Source: a virus (Duplodnaviria > Caudoviricetes). Taken from it: DNA of 64,000 bases. A program made the position numbers and the translations under genes. The notes under the pieces are model-generated. The model had not been told where the DNA came from. It worked only from the letters and a program-made list of their open reading frames with translations, and did not search any database. Every line of letters starts with the position of its first letter. Positions within the stretch are counted from its first letter, which is position 1. The stretch spans positions 5,678 to 69,677 of IMG/VR virus record IMGVR_UViG_3300021387_000544. The stretch is one strand, 5' to 3'. This document shows positions 17,114 through 25,752 of this stretch, one piece after another.

Positions 17114-17362
17114 ATGGCAGACAACATTTATCTACCGAGTGACAAGGGGATTGCCCTGCTGATCGAGAATGCGTGGAAGGAGTTCTGCACTGAGGCACAG
17201 AAGGCAGGCTATAACATCAATGACGATACGGCTGACGGGTTTTTGAAGGACTCCTTTGTAGGCGGCTACTGTTATGGTTATAACGACATCATGGCCATCA
17301 TCCGCGATCAGATTGAGGTCGGTGAGGGCGTAAACGATTTAAACAATGAAGAGGGAAATTAA
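17114..17362 (+). CDS. Hypothetical protein
   Basis: Operon position. Confidence 0.7.
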   Translation: MADNIYLPSDKGIALLIENAWKEFCTEAQKAGYNINDDTADGFLKDSFVGGYCYGYNDIMAIIRDQIEVGEGVNDLNNEEGN

Positions 17363-17990
17363 GCATATCTATCAGTTGGAACTGACGGAGCGTCAGGCGA
17401 AGTTGCTCTCCTATGCCTGTGACAGACTGAGCCGCATCATCTGCGGTCAGGACTGGACGTATCAGGAGTTCATGGAAGAGGCCTGGGAGAAACGCTGCAA
17501 GGAGGCCACGGGCAACTCGATGGACAAGGAATGGGACGGCGGGTGGTCTGCGATGCGTGAAGATGCAGAGGAAATATGCAAGAAGATCAAGAAGAGGTTC
17601 TGGGGTATGGACAGTAACGCCATTTACGGCATCCACTATGATGATACGGCAGACATCCTCTTTGCCCTGCATACCGTGATAAGACATCAGATATGGCTTG
17701 ATGGTGACAGGTCGTTTCACGGTGTCGATTCGAACAAGCCTGTAATGCTTGGCTCTGAGCCTTTGGCAGCCATCAGGCGTACGGACGTGTCTTCCGATGA
17801 AATAATGAAGGACATAGAGGCGCTGTATGCCGACATCTACAAGTGCATCGTCGATTTGGTTCAGGGACGGGCAGAGAAGAATGATGCCGCCGTTGCCAAT
17901 GCCCAGCACAAGATGGAGTCGCTGATGGTGTCAACGCAGCAGGAACTGAGAGTGATAGCGGATTATTTGACAGAATCTGGAAAGTCATGA
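17346..17990 (+). CDS. Hypothetical protein
   Basis: 214-aa ORF overlapping neighbours. Confidence 0.75.
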   Translation: MKREIKHIYQLELTERQAKLLSYACDRLSRIICGQDWTYQEFMEEAWEKRCKEATGNSMDKEWDGGWSAMREDAEEICKKIKKRFWGMDSNAIYGIHYDDTADILFALHTVIRHQIWLDGDRSFHGVDSNKPVMLGSEPLAAIRRTDVSSDEIMKDIEALYADIYKCIVDLVQGRAEKNDAAVANAQHKMESLMVSTQQELRVIADYLTESGKS

Positions 17991-18295
17991 TTGTTTATAT
18001 TTTACAGGAGAACTACACTGAATATGTGCCAGAAGCAGGTTGGGACGAAAGCGGCTCTTACGACGAGGATGTTGAGCATCGTGATGTCATAGGGGTATTC
18101 ACGTCGCTTGATGATGCGGTGAGGAAACTTGTCGAGACGTGCAGGCTTGCAAAGGAGCGTGATTTGGATGGTGATGAGTATTGGAATTATGACATTCTTG
18201 CAGGCGACACGGAGGCAACAGAGGTTCGTAGTTTGCTGTATAAAGAATATGAAGAATTGCTAAAGAAGTTTGATAAAGGCCCTTTTAACGAATAA
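17987..18295 (+). CDS. Hypothetical acidic protein
   Basis: ATGA overlap. Confidence 0.7.
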   Translation: MIVYILQENYTEYVPEAGWDESGSYDEDVEHRDVIGVFTSLDDAVRKLVETCRLAKERDLDGDEYWNYDILAGDTEATEVRSLLYKEYEELLKKFDKGPFNE

Positions 18296-18305
18296 CGATT
18301 GATAT

Positions 18306-18638
18306 ATGACAACATTGATTTCAGACGGCTACATCGTCAAGGAGAATATGGACAGGACATTTATTTTAAAAGAGAACTCTGAGGATATCCGAAGGAAGAT
18401 AGCGGAGGCTGGGATATCTGTCTGCCAGTGTGCCTCGTTTGCCGACGCTGACTGGCTGGACTATCATACGTCGATTTCCAACGGCGTCCACGGCAACGGC
18501 TATCCCTATGAGGGTATGACCAAGGAAGAGACAAGGGCTTTGTTTTTGTATGAGGTCAAGAACCCGGTTTTTTGTGAGAACGTGAAAGAGTTCATTGACA
18601 GGATCAAAGCACATGAGGCTTTGATTAAAAAAGGTTAG
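18306..18638 (+). CDS. Hypothetical protein
   Basis: Operon position. Confidence 0.7.
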   Translation: MTTLISDGYIVKENMDRTFILKENSEDIRRKIAEAGISVCQCASFADADWLDYHTSISNGVHGNGYPYEGMTKEETRALFLYEVKNPVFCENVKEFIDRIKAHEALIKKG

Positions 18639-18641
18639 TGT

Positions 18642-18839
18642 ATGGAGATTTGGAAGGCAACAATCAAGGAGAGATGTAACGAGCATCTGCTGACGCCCGA
18701 ATACTGTTTCAGCAACCAGTTCGACCACATCAAGGACGAGAGGCTGCGGGAGTGTGAGACACGGAAGTTCCTCAAAAAGTTCTGGGGGCTTGAAAAGCCA
18801 GACGTTGAGTGGTACAAACTTGAAAGGATGGAGGATTAG
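18642..18839 (+). CDS. Hypothetical protein
   Basis: Operon position. Confidence 0.65.
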   Translation: MEIWKATIKERCNEHLLTPEYCFSNQFDHIKDERLRECETRKFLKKFWGLEKPDVEWYKLERMED

Positions 18840-18842
18840 CCA

Positions 18843-19196
18843 ATGGATTTGAAATACGATAATGTGTTTTACCATAAAAATCAGTGGTGGTGGGGAGAAT
18901 CGGTTGATATAGTTCGTTGTGATTGAACGGCAATAGTTTGTGTTAAGTACGACAAGAAATCATTTCCGCACACTGGATATATATGTGACTTGTCTGTTCT
19001 TTCTACCGAAAGGAAGAAAGGCTTGGGGTGGCAAATGATGCAATATGCACTTTGCGATTGCCGTGACAGAGACATGATATATGCTCGCCTTCACGTTGAC
19101 GCAAAGAACATTTGGCTAAAGGAATGGTACGAACGACTTGGTTTCAAGGAACTGTCACGCGATGAAAACGAGATAGAGATGATCAGTGAATTGTAG
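18843..19196 (+). pseudogene. GNAT acetyltransferase interrupted by an in-frame TGA (18924-18926)
   Basis: ATG 18843 is in frame with ERKKGLG and WYERLGF GNAT motifs; single TGA at codon 28. Confidence 0.75.
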
Positions 19197-19213
19197 AAAT
19201 CAAACGAAAAGAT

Positions 19214-19669
19214 ATGAAACAAAGGGACTTTACATCTGCAAAGGCGAAGGAATCTATTCTGCCTGACAAGGAAGAAGAGAAACAGATAGACCTCATACCA
19301 GAGGAGCGACTGAAAGAAATTCTGAGCATCCTGTTCCCGTGGGGCTACAGCCACTACAAGGAGGTGTTCTACACGGGTGTCTCGCCATTCATCGGTGATG
19401 CAACAAACGTGATTACCATCATAGCCAACGACCCAGCAGGATGGGGAAGCGTGTTCGCTATCTGCATGGAGCGTTTCAACGAGGACAGCGACGAAGCCGA
19501 CAGCCTCGGATTCTACAAGGGCATTATGAAACTGATTGCGCCCGAACTTCACAGCAACGACGAGAATTTCCAAGGCCCATTGAACGTGCTTGGCTTCAAC
19601 TGGGCTTACGACAATGTGCAAGACAACAGGTTCCCTGCGGAGGTAAAACTGAAAAAGAAAGATGATTGA
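19214..19669 (+). CDS. Hypothetical protein
   Basis: 151-aa ORF. Confidence 0.7.
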   Translation: MKQRDFTSAKAKESILPDKEEEKQIDLIPEERLKEILSILFPWGYSHYKEVFYTGVSPFIGDATNVITIIANDPAGWGSVFAICMERFNEDSDEADSLGFYKGIMKLIAPELHSNDENFQGPLNVLGFNWAYDNVQDNRFPAEVKLKKKDD

Positions 19670-19973
19670 CATGAAGCAGAAGGAAGAGAAATACTGCGGC
19701 GAATGCTGCTGGTTCTGTGGCGAGGATACGTGGGGCTACGGCTCATGCCCGCACAGGTTCGCTGAACTCCAACGGTGCAGCGACAAGTGTATGATTACGG
19801 AGAAGTATGTCAGCAAGGAGCGGATGAGGCATTATATGGCTGTCTTGTTACAGGCTAACAGGTACAGGAGGGACGACAACGTGCCTTCGATTTACAGGAT
19901 GCCCGACCCGAAGGAGTTAGGGAAGGCTATTGACTTTGCGGTAGACTATATGCGTATATTCAGTAACTTATAG
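19662..19973 (+). CDS. Hypothetical protein, Cys-rich N-terminus
   Basis: CGECCWFC...CPH...C. Confidence 0.7.
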   Translation: MIDMKQKEEKYCGECCWFCGEDTWGYGSCPHRFAELQRCSDKCMITEKYVSKERMRHYMAVLLQANRYRRDDNVPSIYRMPDPKELGKAIDFAVDYMRIFSNL

Positions 19974-19975
19974 AT

Positions 19976-20482
19976 ATGGATATGGAGAAAGTAAAGATTA
20001 AACTAAACGGTGGCATTATGCCCACGAAAGGCTCTGAGTATGCAGCTGCCTACGACCTCTACGTTCCAGACATTGTGGAACTGAAATACGGAAGACAGGT
20101 AATTGACTTGAAGTTCTCTATGGAACTACCACATGGCTATGCGGCGGTCATCCAGCCACGTAGCGGCTTTACATGCAAGGGGATGCAGGCATTCCTAACT
20201 ATACGCAAGTGGTGGTATATGCTGCTTGGTGTGTTCAGCAAGGAGGCACGCATTGATGCCGATGTTATTGTTGGGCTTGTTGACGAGGACTACCGTGACA
20301 GTGTAGGGGCTCTGGTGATTTCACGTTTCAGGCCGATATTGAGAAAGGCTATTATCCCAAGAGGAACACGCATTGCGCAGATGCGCATCGTTCAAGTCCC
20401 AGACACGGCAGTTATGGAGGCTGAGGAGTTGGATATGTCAAAGAACAGGGGCGGCGGCTATGGTCACACGGGATCAAAATAG
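19976..20482 (+). CDS. dut: Trimeric dUTPase
   Basis: AAYDL, PRSG, GLVDEDYR, RIAQM, RGGGYGHTG (motifs 1-5). Confidence 0.9.
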   Translation: MDMEKVKIKLNGGIMPTKGSEYAAAYDLYVPDIVELKYGRQVIDLKFSMELPHGYAAVIQPRSGFTCKGMQAFLTIRKWWYMLLGVFSKEARIDADVIVGLVDEDYRDSVGALVISRFRPILRKAIIPRGTRIAQMRIVQVPDTAVMEAEELDMSKNRGGGYGHTGSK

Positions 20483-20574
20483 GAGGCTGTATGCGATGGT
20501 AAACAACAGGAAGATACGGAAGGAGTGTACTGACAAGGATATACTGTTGATGGATTTTGTAGATATGGGATAAT

Positions 20575-20820
20575 ATGATGAAGGAAGGGTACAGACAGAT
20601 GATTCAGATCGGGAGCAACGTGACAAGCATCATGAAGCTCCAGTGTGTAAGCAGCTGCCGCAAGAAGCTTGACGGTAGCCTTTATTACGTGCTTGATATC
20701 TGGGGAGATGACGGCAACAGGCTTGAGGCGAGGCAGGGCGACTGGCTCTGCCAGGACTACGACGGTGTATGGAGTTTGAGAAAGGATAATGATATAAAAG
20801 ATGAGAAAGCTGACAATTAG
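20575..20820 (+). CDS. Hypothetical protein
   Basis: Operon position. Confidence 0.7.
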   Translation: MMKEGYRQMIQIGSNVTSIMKLQCVSSCRKKLDGSLYYVLDIWGDDGNRLEARQGDWLCQDYDGVWSLRKDNDIKDEKADN

Positions 20821-21247
20821 TGAACTGTTTGTAGGCGCATGGGTACAGACTCCAGTCCCTGCCAGTATGAAGGTGTGCGGATTGTGGGGTGACGGCGACA
20901 TTGCGCTAGACGATGGAGACTATGCCGTGAGTGCGTCTGTCGACGAGGTGAGCGGCCTCCCGATTAACGAGGATGTCTTGTCCGGCTTCGGGTTCTTCCG
21001 CAGCCGCAGGGACAAGGATGTGTGGGTGCTGCAGGTTGGTGATTTCAAGCTGACATGCTCACTCAGGTGGAAGTATGGTGTACAGGAGTGCAGACGATGC
21101 TCGTTCGTAGGGCGTGCTTCTAACTGGAACGAGGATATCAGGTATGTCCATGAGCTTCAGCGCTGGTGGACCGACAAGGTGACGATCCCCTATGGTGTCG
21201 TTCTTGAACTTAAAATGAAGAAAGGCCATGATGGAACAGGACAATAG
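20801..21247 (+). CDS. Hypothetical protein
   Basis: Operon position. Confidence 0.7.
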   Translation: MRKLTISELFVGAWVQTPVPASMKVCGLWGDGDIALDDGDYAVSASVDEVSGLPINEDVLSGFGFFRSRRDKDVWVLQVGDFKLTCSLRWKYGVQECRRCSFVGRASNWNEDIRYVHELQRWWTDKVTIPYGVVLELKMKKGHDGTGQ

Positions 21248-23210
21248 CATTAAGCTGCTCATCAAGGAGCTGTGGAACATACTGGTAGCTGACGGCGGGG
21301 AGAATATCCGTGAGATGCTTGCCATGAAGAAGCGAGAGGACAGGCGCGGCCGTATCAAGCGTCTGCTCTGCCGTGCGATAGACAAGAGTTCTCTCGGTGT
21401 GTTCGGCATGAGGATGTACCATTTCGGCGGTCAGGTTTACGTCCCCATCGATGTGCGCGCCTTCCATAAGGTGCTCTACGACATCATGGCCAACAGGATG
21501 GAGGTGATGGATGCAGACTTGGTCAAACTCAGCGACATCTACTGCGACTGCGTCAACTCGGTGTACTCGAAGAGCCTCCCCGTGAGCAACAACATCATGA
21601 TATTCCGCAACGGCGTGCTTGACGTGGAGAACAATACGTTCGCCAAGAAGTTCGACAAGAAGTACGTTCAGATGTGGTCTGTGGACTACGACTACGAACC
21701 TGGTATGAAGACATTCCTCTGGCATCAGTTCATCAACCAGGTGCTCCCTGAGAAGTGCTGGCAGGAGGCTCTCCAGATGTTCCTGGGCGCCACGTTCATA
21801 GACCGCAGCAAGGTGAAGATAGAGAACATCTTGATCCTGCTCGGCAAGGGCAGCAACGGCAAGAGCGTGATACAGAACGTGGTCTGCGGGGTGTTAGGCA
21901 CGGAGTATGTAGGCCAGTTCGAGATCGGCCGTCTCTGCGCCAGCGGCAACGAGGGTGACATGTCCGTCGCTGAGATCAACGGCAAGCGCCTGAACTACTG
22001 CACGGAGATGGAGGAGAGCGACTTCTACAAGAAGAGCGCACGCCTGAAGGCCCTCGTCAGCGGCGAGAACGTCACGGCGCGCCATCTCTTCGGCAGTCCG
22101 TTCAAGGCCACGAACATCCCTCTTCTGATGGCCAATGCCAACAGGCTCCCCGCCTTCAATAAGCGTGACGCTGCGATGCTCAGACGTCTGTATGTCATAC
22201 CGTTTGAGGTCACCATCCCTGAGGAGAAACAGAACAAGACCCTCGGCGAGGAGCTCAAGGCGGAGTACTCCGGCATCCTTAACTGGATACTTGAGGGTCG
22301 CGAGCTGTTCATCAAGAATGGCTACCGCCTTCCTTCCGACTTCTCGCTTGACAAGTTCCTCGATTCGGACGCTATGGAGTTCAACAGCGTGATGAAGTTC
22401 ATGAGCACACGCGGCTGGCACAACAAGATAGAGGGCGTGAATGTGGAGCCTTTCACCTGGATACGCCTTGCAGACATGTATGCCGCCTATACGAGGTGGT
22501 GTACGCTCAACCATCTTGAGGCCGTCGGCAAGACCATCTTTAGCCATACCATCAGCAACGACCTCGGCTACAGGAAGGAGCGCAAGAACAACGGGTACTG
22601 CGTCGCCGTCTACGGCAAGGACATTGAGGCCATTGAGCGTCAGGTAAGACGTGACTATGGTGTGAGGAAGAAGGCAGACCTTTTGTGGTACGACGGTGTC
22701 GGCTATGCCACTACGATGGTCATGCTTGCCAAGTTCGCAGGAGTATCGAAGCATGTCGTTGCGAGGCTGAACAACGAAGGGAAGTTTGATGACTGCAAGA
22801 AGGCTCTCAAGAATAAGGACGTGTACGACGTGAAGGCCTGTATCGCCGTGATGAAGAGGATTCACGTCATAGCCACCGACAACGAGAGGGATGCCCTGTA
22901 CCGTATCGCGCAGGATCTGAGATACCGCCGCACGCTGTTCAACATACGCATGCAGAACAGGGGATGGCCATACCGCATGTATGACAACGACAAGCCTCAG
23001 CTGGAGGAGGGCATCATCGTCGTTTCCGACTACACCACCGACGAGGAGGTCATCAGGATGGCCGAAGCCGCCGGGTTCAACATGGGATGCCTCCGTGGCG
23101 CATACGGTGCATACAGCCAGGGAGGGAAGGGAACCCAGAAGAAACGTGAGGATATCCCGACGGACAAGGAGACGAAGAAGCTGATCGGGCGTACTATACC
23201 AAAGAAATGA
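21228..23210 (+). CDS. P4/D5-family SF3 helicase (phage primase-helicase C-terminal type)
   Basis: IFRNGVLD (D5_N-like), Walker A GKGSNGKS, LNYCTE, MANANRLP, RRLYVIPF. Confidence 0.88.
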   Translation: MMEQDNSIKLLIKELWNILVADGGENIREMLAMKKREDRRGRIKRLLCRAIDKSSLGVFGMRMYHFGGQVYVPIDVRAFHKVLYDIMANRMEVMDADLVKLSDIYCDCVNSVYSKSLPVSNNIMIFRNGVLDVENNTFAKKFDKKYVQMWSVDYDYEPGMKTFLWHQFINQVLPEKCWQEALQMFLGATFIDRSKVKIENILILLGKGSNGKSVIQNVVCGVLGTEYVGQFEIGRLCASGNEGDMSVAEINGKRLNYCTEMEESDFYKKSARLKALVSGENVTARHLFGSPFKATNIPLLMANANRLPAFNKRDAAMLRRLYVIPFEVTIPEEKQNKTLGEELKAEYSGILNWILEGRELFIKNGYRLPSDFSLDKFLDSDAMEFNSVMKFMSTRGWHNKIEGVNVEPFTWIRLADMYAAYTRWCTLNHLEAVGKTIFSHTISNDLGYRKERKNNGYCVAVYGKDIEAIERQVRRDYGVRKKADLLWYDGVGYATTMVMLAKFAGVSKHVVARLNNEGKFDDCKKALKNKDVYDVKACIAVMKRIHVIATDNERDALYRIAQDLRYRRTLFNIRMQNRGWPYRMYDNDKPQLEEGIIVVSDYTTDEEVIRMAEAAGFNMGCLRGAYGAYSQGGKGTQKKREDIPTDKETKKLIGRTIPKK

Positions 23211-23232
23211 AAATAATTCAATAAAGTGAAAT

Positions 23233-23673
23233 ATGAGCAAGAAAAATGAAAACAAGTGGACGCAGGTAGGCAATTTCCTGCTTGGCGTGGAGAAGTCGTC
23301 AGTCGGAAACCGATTTGTCGCGAGGACGGTGTCAGGAGACTGGCGCATCGCATGGCTTGAGGGCACGATGATGTATGCCATGATGCTGTCGTTCATCAGT
23401 GACGAGAAGTGTCACAAATACCTCGACGCCCTATTGGTGCTCCAGTATGCGGCAACGAACTACCCTCATGACCTTGTCGCCATCGCAGAGATGCAGAAGA
23501 CTCCGTTCATGGACGGCTTCACAAGGCTTATCAGGGAGCAGACGGACTACGAAGTGAGCGTGAAGGGCAACGGCACGGACGAGGAGAACGAGGCTGCGCT
23601 CCGTGACATCGGCGAGATGCAGGAGATAGAGAACGAACTGGAGAAACTTGACGAGGTGGAAGGCAATGGCTAG
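23233..23673 (+). CDS. Hypothetical protein
   Basis: 146 aa, overlaps next gene. Confidence 0.75.
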   Translation: MSKKNENKWTQVGNFLLGVEKSSVGNRFVARTVSGDWRIAWLEGTMMYAMMLSFISDEKCHKYLDALLVLQYAATNYPHDLVAIAEMQKTPFMDGFTRLIREQTDYEVSVKGNGTDEENEAALRDIGEMQEIENELEKLDEVEGNG

Positions 23674-24442
23674 CATATTCTATACAGACGATGAACTTGA
23701 GGCTGCGAAGGAATACCTGCGTGACCGCCTGAGGAACGAGCGCTCGATGACATCCGACTTGGAGAACCTGCTGACGGTCTATGCAGGACACCTCCTTTCC
23801 GCACTCTTCGACAACATGAGCGAGGACGCTATTGAGCGCATCATCCAGGAACTCATAGACCTGCTTATCGCAGACTGCGAGACCCTTGCCGTTGACGAGC
23901 ATGACCGCAAGGACACGATCCTGCTGTGGCTGCACCGTGATGTCGGCGGAGATACCATTGACGGCAGGGTAGACAGGCGTGTCAACACCTTCTTCAACGA
24001 GGTGTATGCCGTGTATCTGGCAGGGAGGCTGATGAACCTGAACAAGGTGACGATGCTATCATCCATCAAGGCGAACCTGAAGAAGCCGTGGGACAATGAG
24101 ATACTTGTCGCTGCGAGGGAGAAGGTGAGGCGTGGCGAGATAGAGGCGTCGTACGGCTTCGATGAGCCTCATTTCGGAAAGGGCGTGGAGATATCGTCCT
24201 TCGGAGCACTCGACACCATACTGACCACGGGCATTGCCGATGCATGGATGTACTGGGGCTATGAGGATGCGCTTGCAAGAGGCGCGAAGGGGTATTTCGT
24301 CGAGCGCGGGAGCAGTTATCCGTGTGCGGAGTGCGACTCACACTGCGGCGTGTTCCACTACATCACCGATGAGGACAACCGTCCTCAGTTCCATTCGCAC
24401 TGCTGCTGCTATATCGTCTACAGTTATACGGAACGGTTATAA
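23666..24442 (+). CDS. Head morphogenesis / minor capsid protein (SPP1 gp7 / Mu gpF-like)
   Basis: C-terminal CAECD...RPQFHSHCCC motif. Confidence 0.6.
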   Translation: MASIFYTDDELEAAKEYLRDRLRNERSMTSDLENLLTVYAGHLLSALFDNMSEDAIERIIQELIDLLIADCETLAVDEHDRKDTILLWLHRDVGGDTIDGRVDRRVNTFFNEVYAVYLAGRLMNLNKVTMLSSIKANLKKPWDNEILVAAREKVRRGEIEASYGFDEPHFGKGVEISSFGALDTILTTGIADAWMYWGYEDALARGAKGYFVERGSSYPCAECDSHCGVFHYITDEDNRPQFHSHCCCYIVYSYTERL

Positions 24443-24457
24443 TAATATAATGTATAT

Positions 24458-24946
24458 ATGGTAAAGAAGACAAAGGTTATCAAGGAAGCGACACATGAGG
24501 ACGAGCAGGCTCTTGTGTCGGTAGTGAAGAACGAGGCCGACGTGGTGGAACTGAGAGGCCGCAGGATCAGGGTCAGATGGCTGCACCCAGCCGTCGGTGA
24601 CTGGATATCGGCACTGATGTCGAAGGATGGCGACGATGCGAAGATACTCTCGAAGGCCGCTGCGCTGATACGTCTGAACGGGTTCTGGAAATGCCACCTT
24701 CTCTATTGGCTTGTTTGGCGGTGGTACTACTACGTCAGGCAGTACAATGCCTCTGAACTGACTCCGCTGTTCGAGACGGCTCAAAAAAAAACGGCGCAGG
24801 TGGAGGCTCCGGCGTACTTGAACGCTACAATATTACTGACCGCATTGAGCACGACAAGAAAGCAGATGACAAAAGAGGAAGCAAGGCGTACCCTTCAAGA
24901 ACTTCGTTCGGCCAGCGATGGGAAATCGCCGAGAAGCACGGAATAG
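24458..24946 (+). CDS. Tail assembly chaperone (G-like)
   Basis: A9 slippery run at 24783-24791 with an open -1 frame. Confidence 0.65.
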   Translation: MVKKTKVIKEATHEDEQALVSVVKNEADVVELRGRRIRVRWLHPAVGDWISALMSKDGDDAKILSKAAALIRLNGFWKCHLLYWLVWRWYYYVRQYNASELTPLFETAQKKTAQVEAPAYLNATILLTALSTTRKQMTKEEARRTLQELRSASDGKSPRSTE

Positions 24947-25263
24947 ACACCGGCCCCCTGAAAATCCTCGGCATCCCCGTCAGCGGCATGATGTACTACG
25001 TGAACTGGGTGCTGACGACCGCACAGCTCGAACTCCTAGCGGCAGATGTCAGCGTCGTGGACTATGACTACGGCGACAAGAAGAAGCACGGCAAGGGTGA
25101 GTTTGACGACACACCGGCCAGCGAAGAGAATGTAAGGAAAGCCAACAGGGAATGGATTGAGAAATACGGTGACGGCGAAGACGCAGGCAAGGGGATATCA
25201 ATCGGTGATGTCCTCGGAGGCGGATCGCTTAACATGGGTGCAGGAATAAAAGTAAATGACTAG
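24784..25263 (+). CDS. -1 frameshift extension of the tail assembly chaperone (T-like)
   Basis: -1 frame has no stop from the A run to 25263 and includes ORF 24988-25263. Confidence 0.65.
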   Translation, partial: KKNGAGGGSGVLERYNITDRIEHDKKADDKRGSKAYPSRTSFGQRWEIAEKHGIDTGPLKILGIPVSGMMYYVNWVLTTAQLELLAADVSVVDYDYGDKKKHGKGEFDDTPASEENVRKANREWIEKYGDGEDAGKGISIGDVLGGGSLNMGAGIKVND

Positions 25264-25738
25264 TTATATGACAGACAAGGAATTGAACATCAGGTTGCGT
25301 GAGATGGCCCGCAAGTCTGGGCTGTGCGACAAATGGTATGAGGAGTGGAAGGACGACGACAGCATCGACGTATGTCTTGACAGGGCAATACGCGGCTTCG
25401 ACTTCTGCGTGAAATGCGACTATCCCCCACTCGACTTCATCAGGGAGAACTTTAGGATGGAAGACCTTCACAGGCACAACATCTATCTTGATGAAAAGGT
25501 TGAGATAAGAGGTGCGAAAAGCGGATACTACGTATTCCTGGGAGACTGCACCGGCTCCATCGAGGCGCACGGATTCAGCGTCGTGTCGTGCTACCTGAGG
25601 CATGACAGTATGATCGACGTCACATCGATTGGATCCGCAAGTGTATTCGTCACCTACTACGACCGTTCCGGCGGAAGCGTATACAGGGACGAATATGGCA
25701 GGATAAGGAAGTACGACAGAAGGAAGAAGGAGGGTTGA
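25256..25738 (+). CDS. Hypothetical protein
   Basis: 160 aa, last gene of the rightward operon. Confidence 0.75.
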   Translation: MTSYMTDKELNIRLREMARKSGLCDKWYEEWKDDDSIDVCLDRAIRGFDFCVKCDYPPLDFIRENFRMEDLHRHNIYLDEKVEIRGAKSGYYVFLGDCTGSIEAHGFSVVSCYLRHDSMIDVTSIGSASVFVTYYDRSGGSVYRDEYGRIRKYDRRKKEG

Positions 25739-25750
25739 CAGCCCTCCTTC
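25726..25750. terminator. Hairpin between convergent operons
   Basis: GAAGGAGGG...CCCTCCTTC. Confidence 0.55.
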
Positions 25751-25752
25751 AC

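Noticed and set aside
18924-18926. Genome-wide TGA stop-codon reassignment
   Set aside because: Many genes end in TGA with ATGA coupling and long genes are intact in the standard code; isolated case
21894-23396. Long antisense ORFs (also 30640-31719, 27399-28130, 16306-17127)
   Set aside because: Shadows of GC3-biased real genes on the opposite strand, with no motifs
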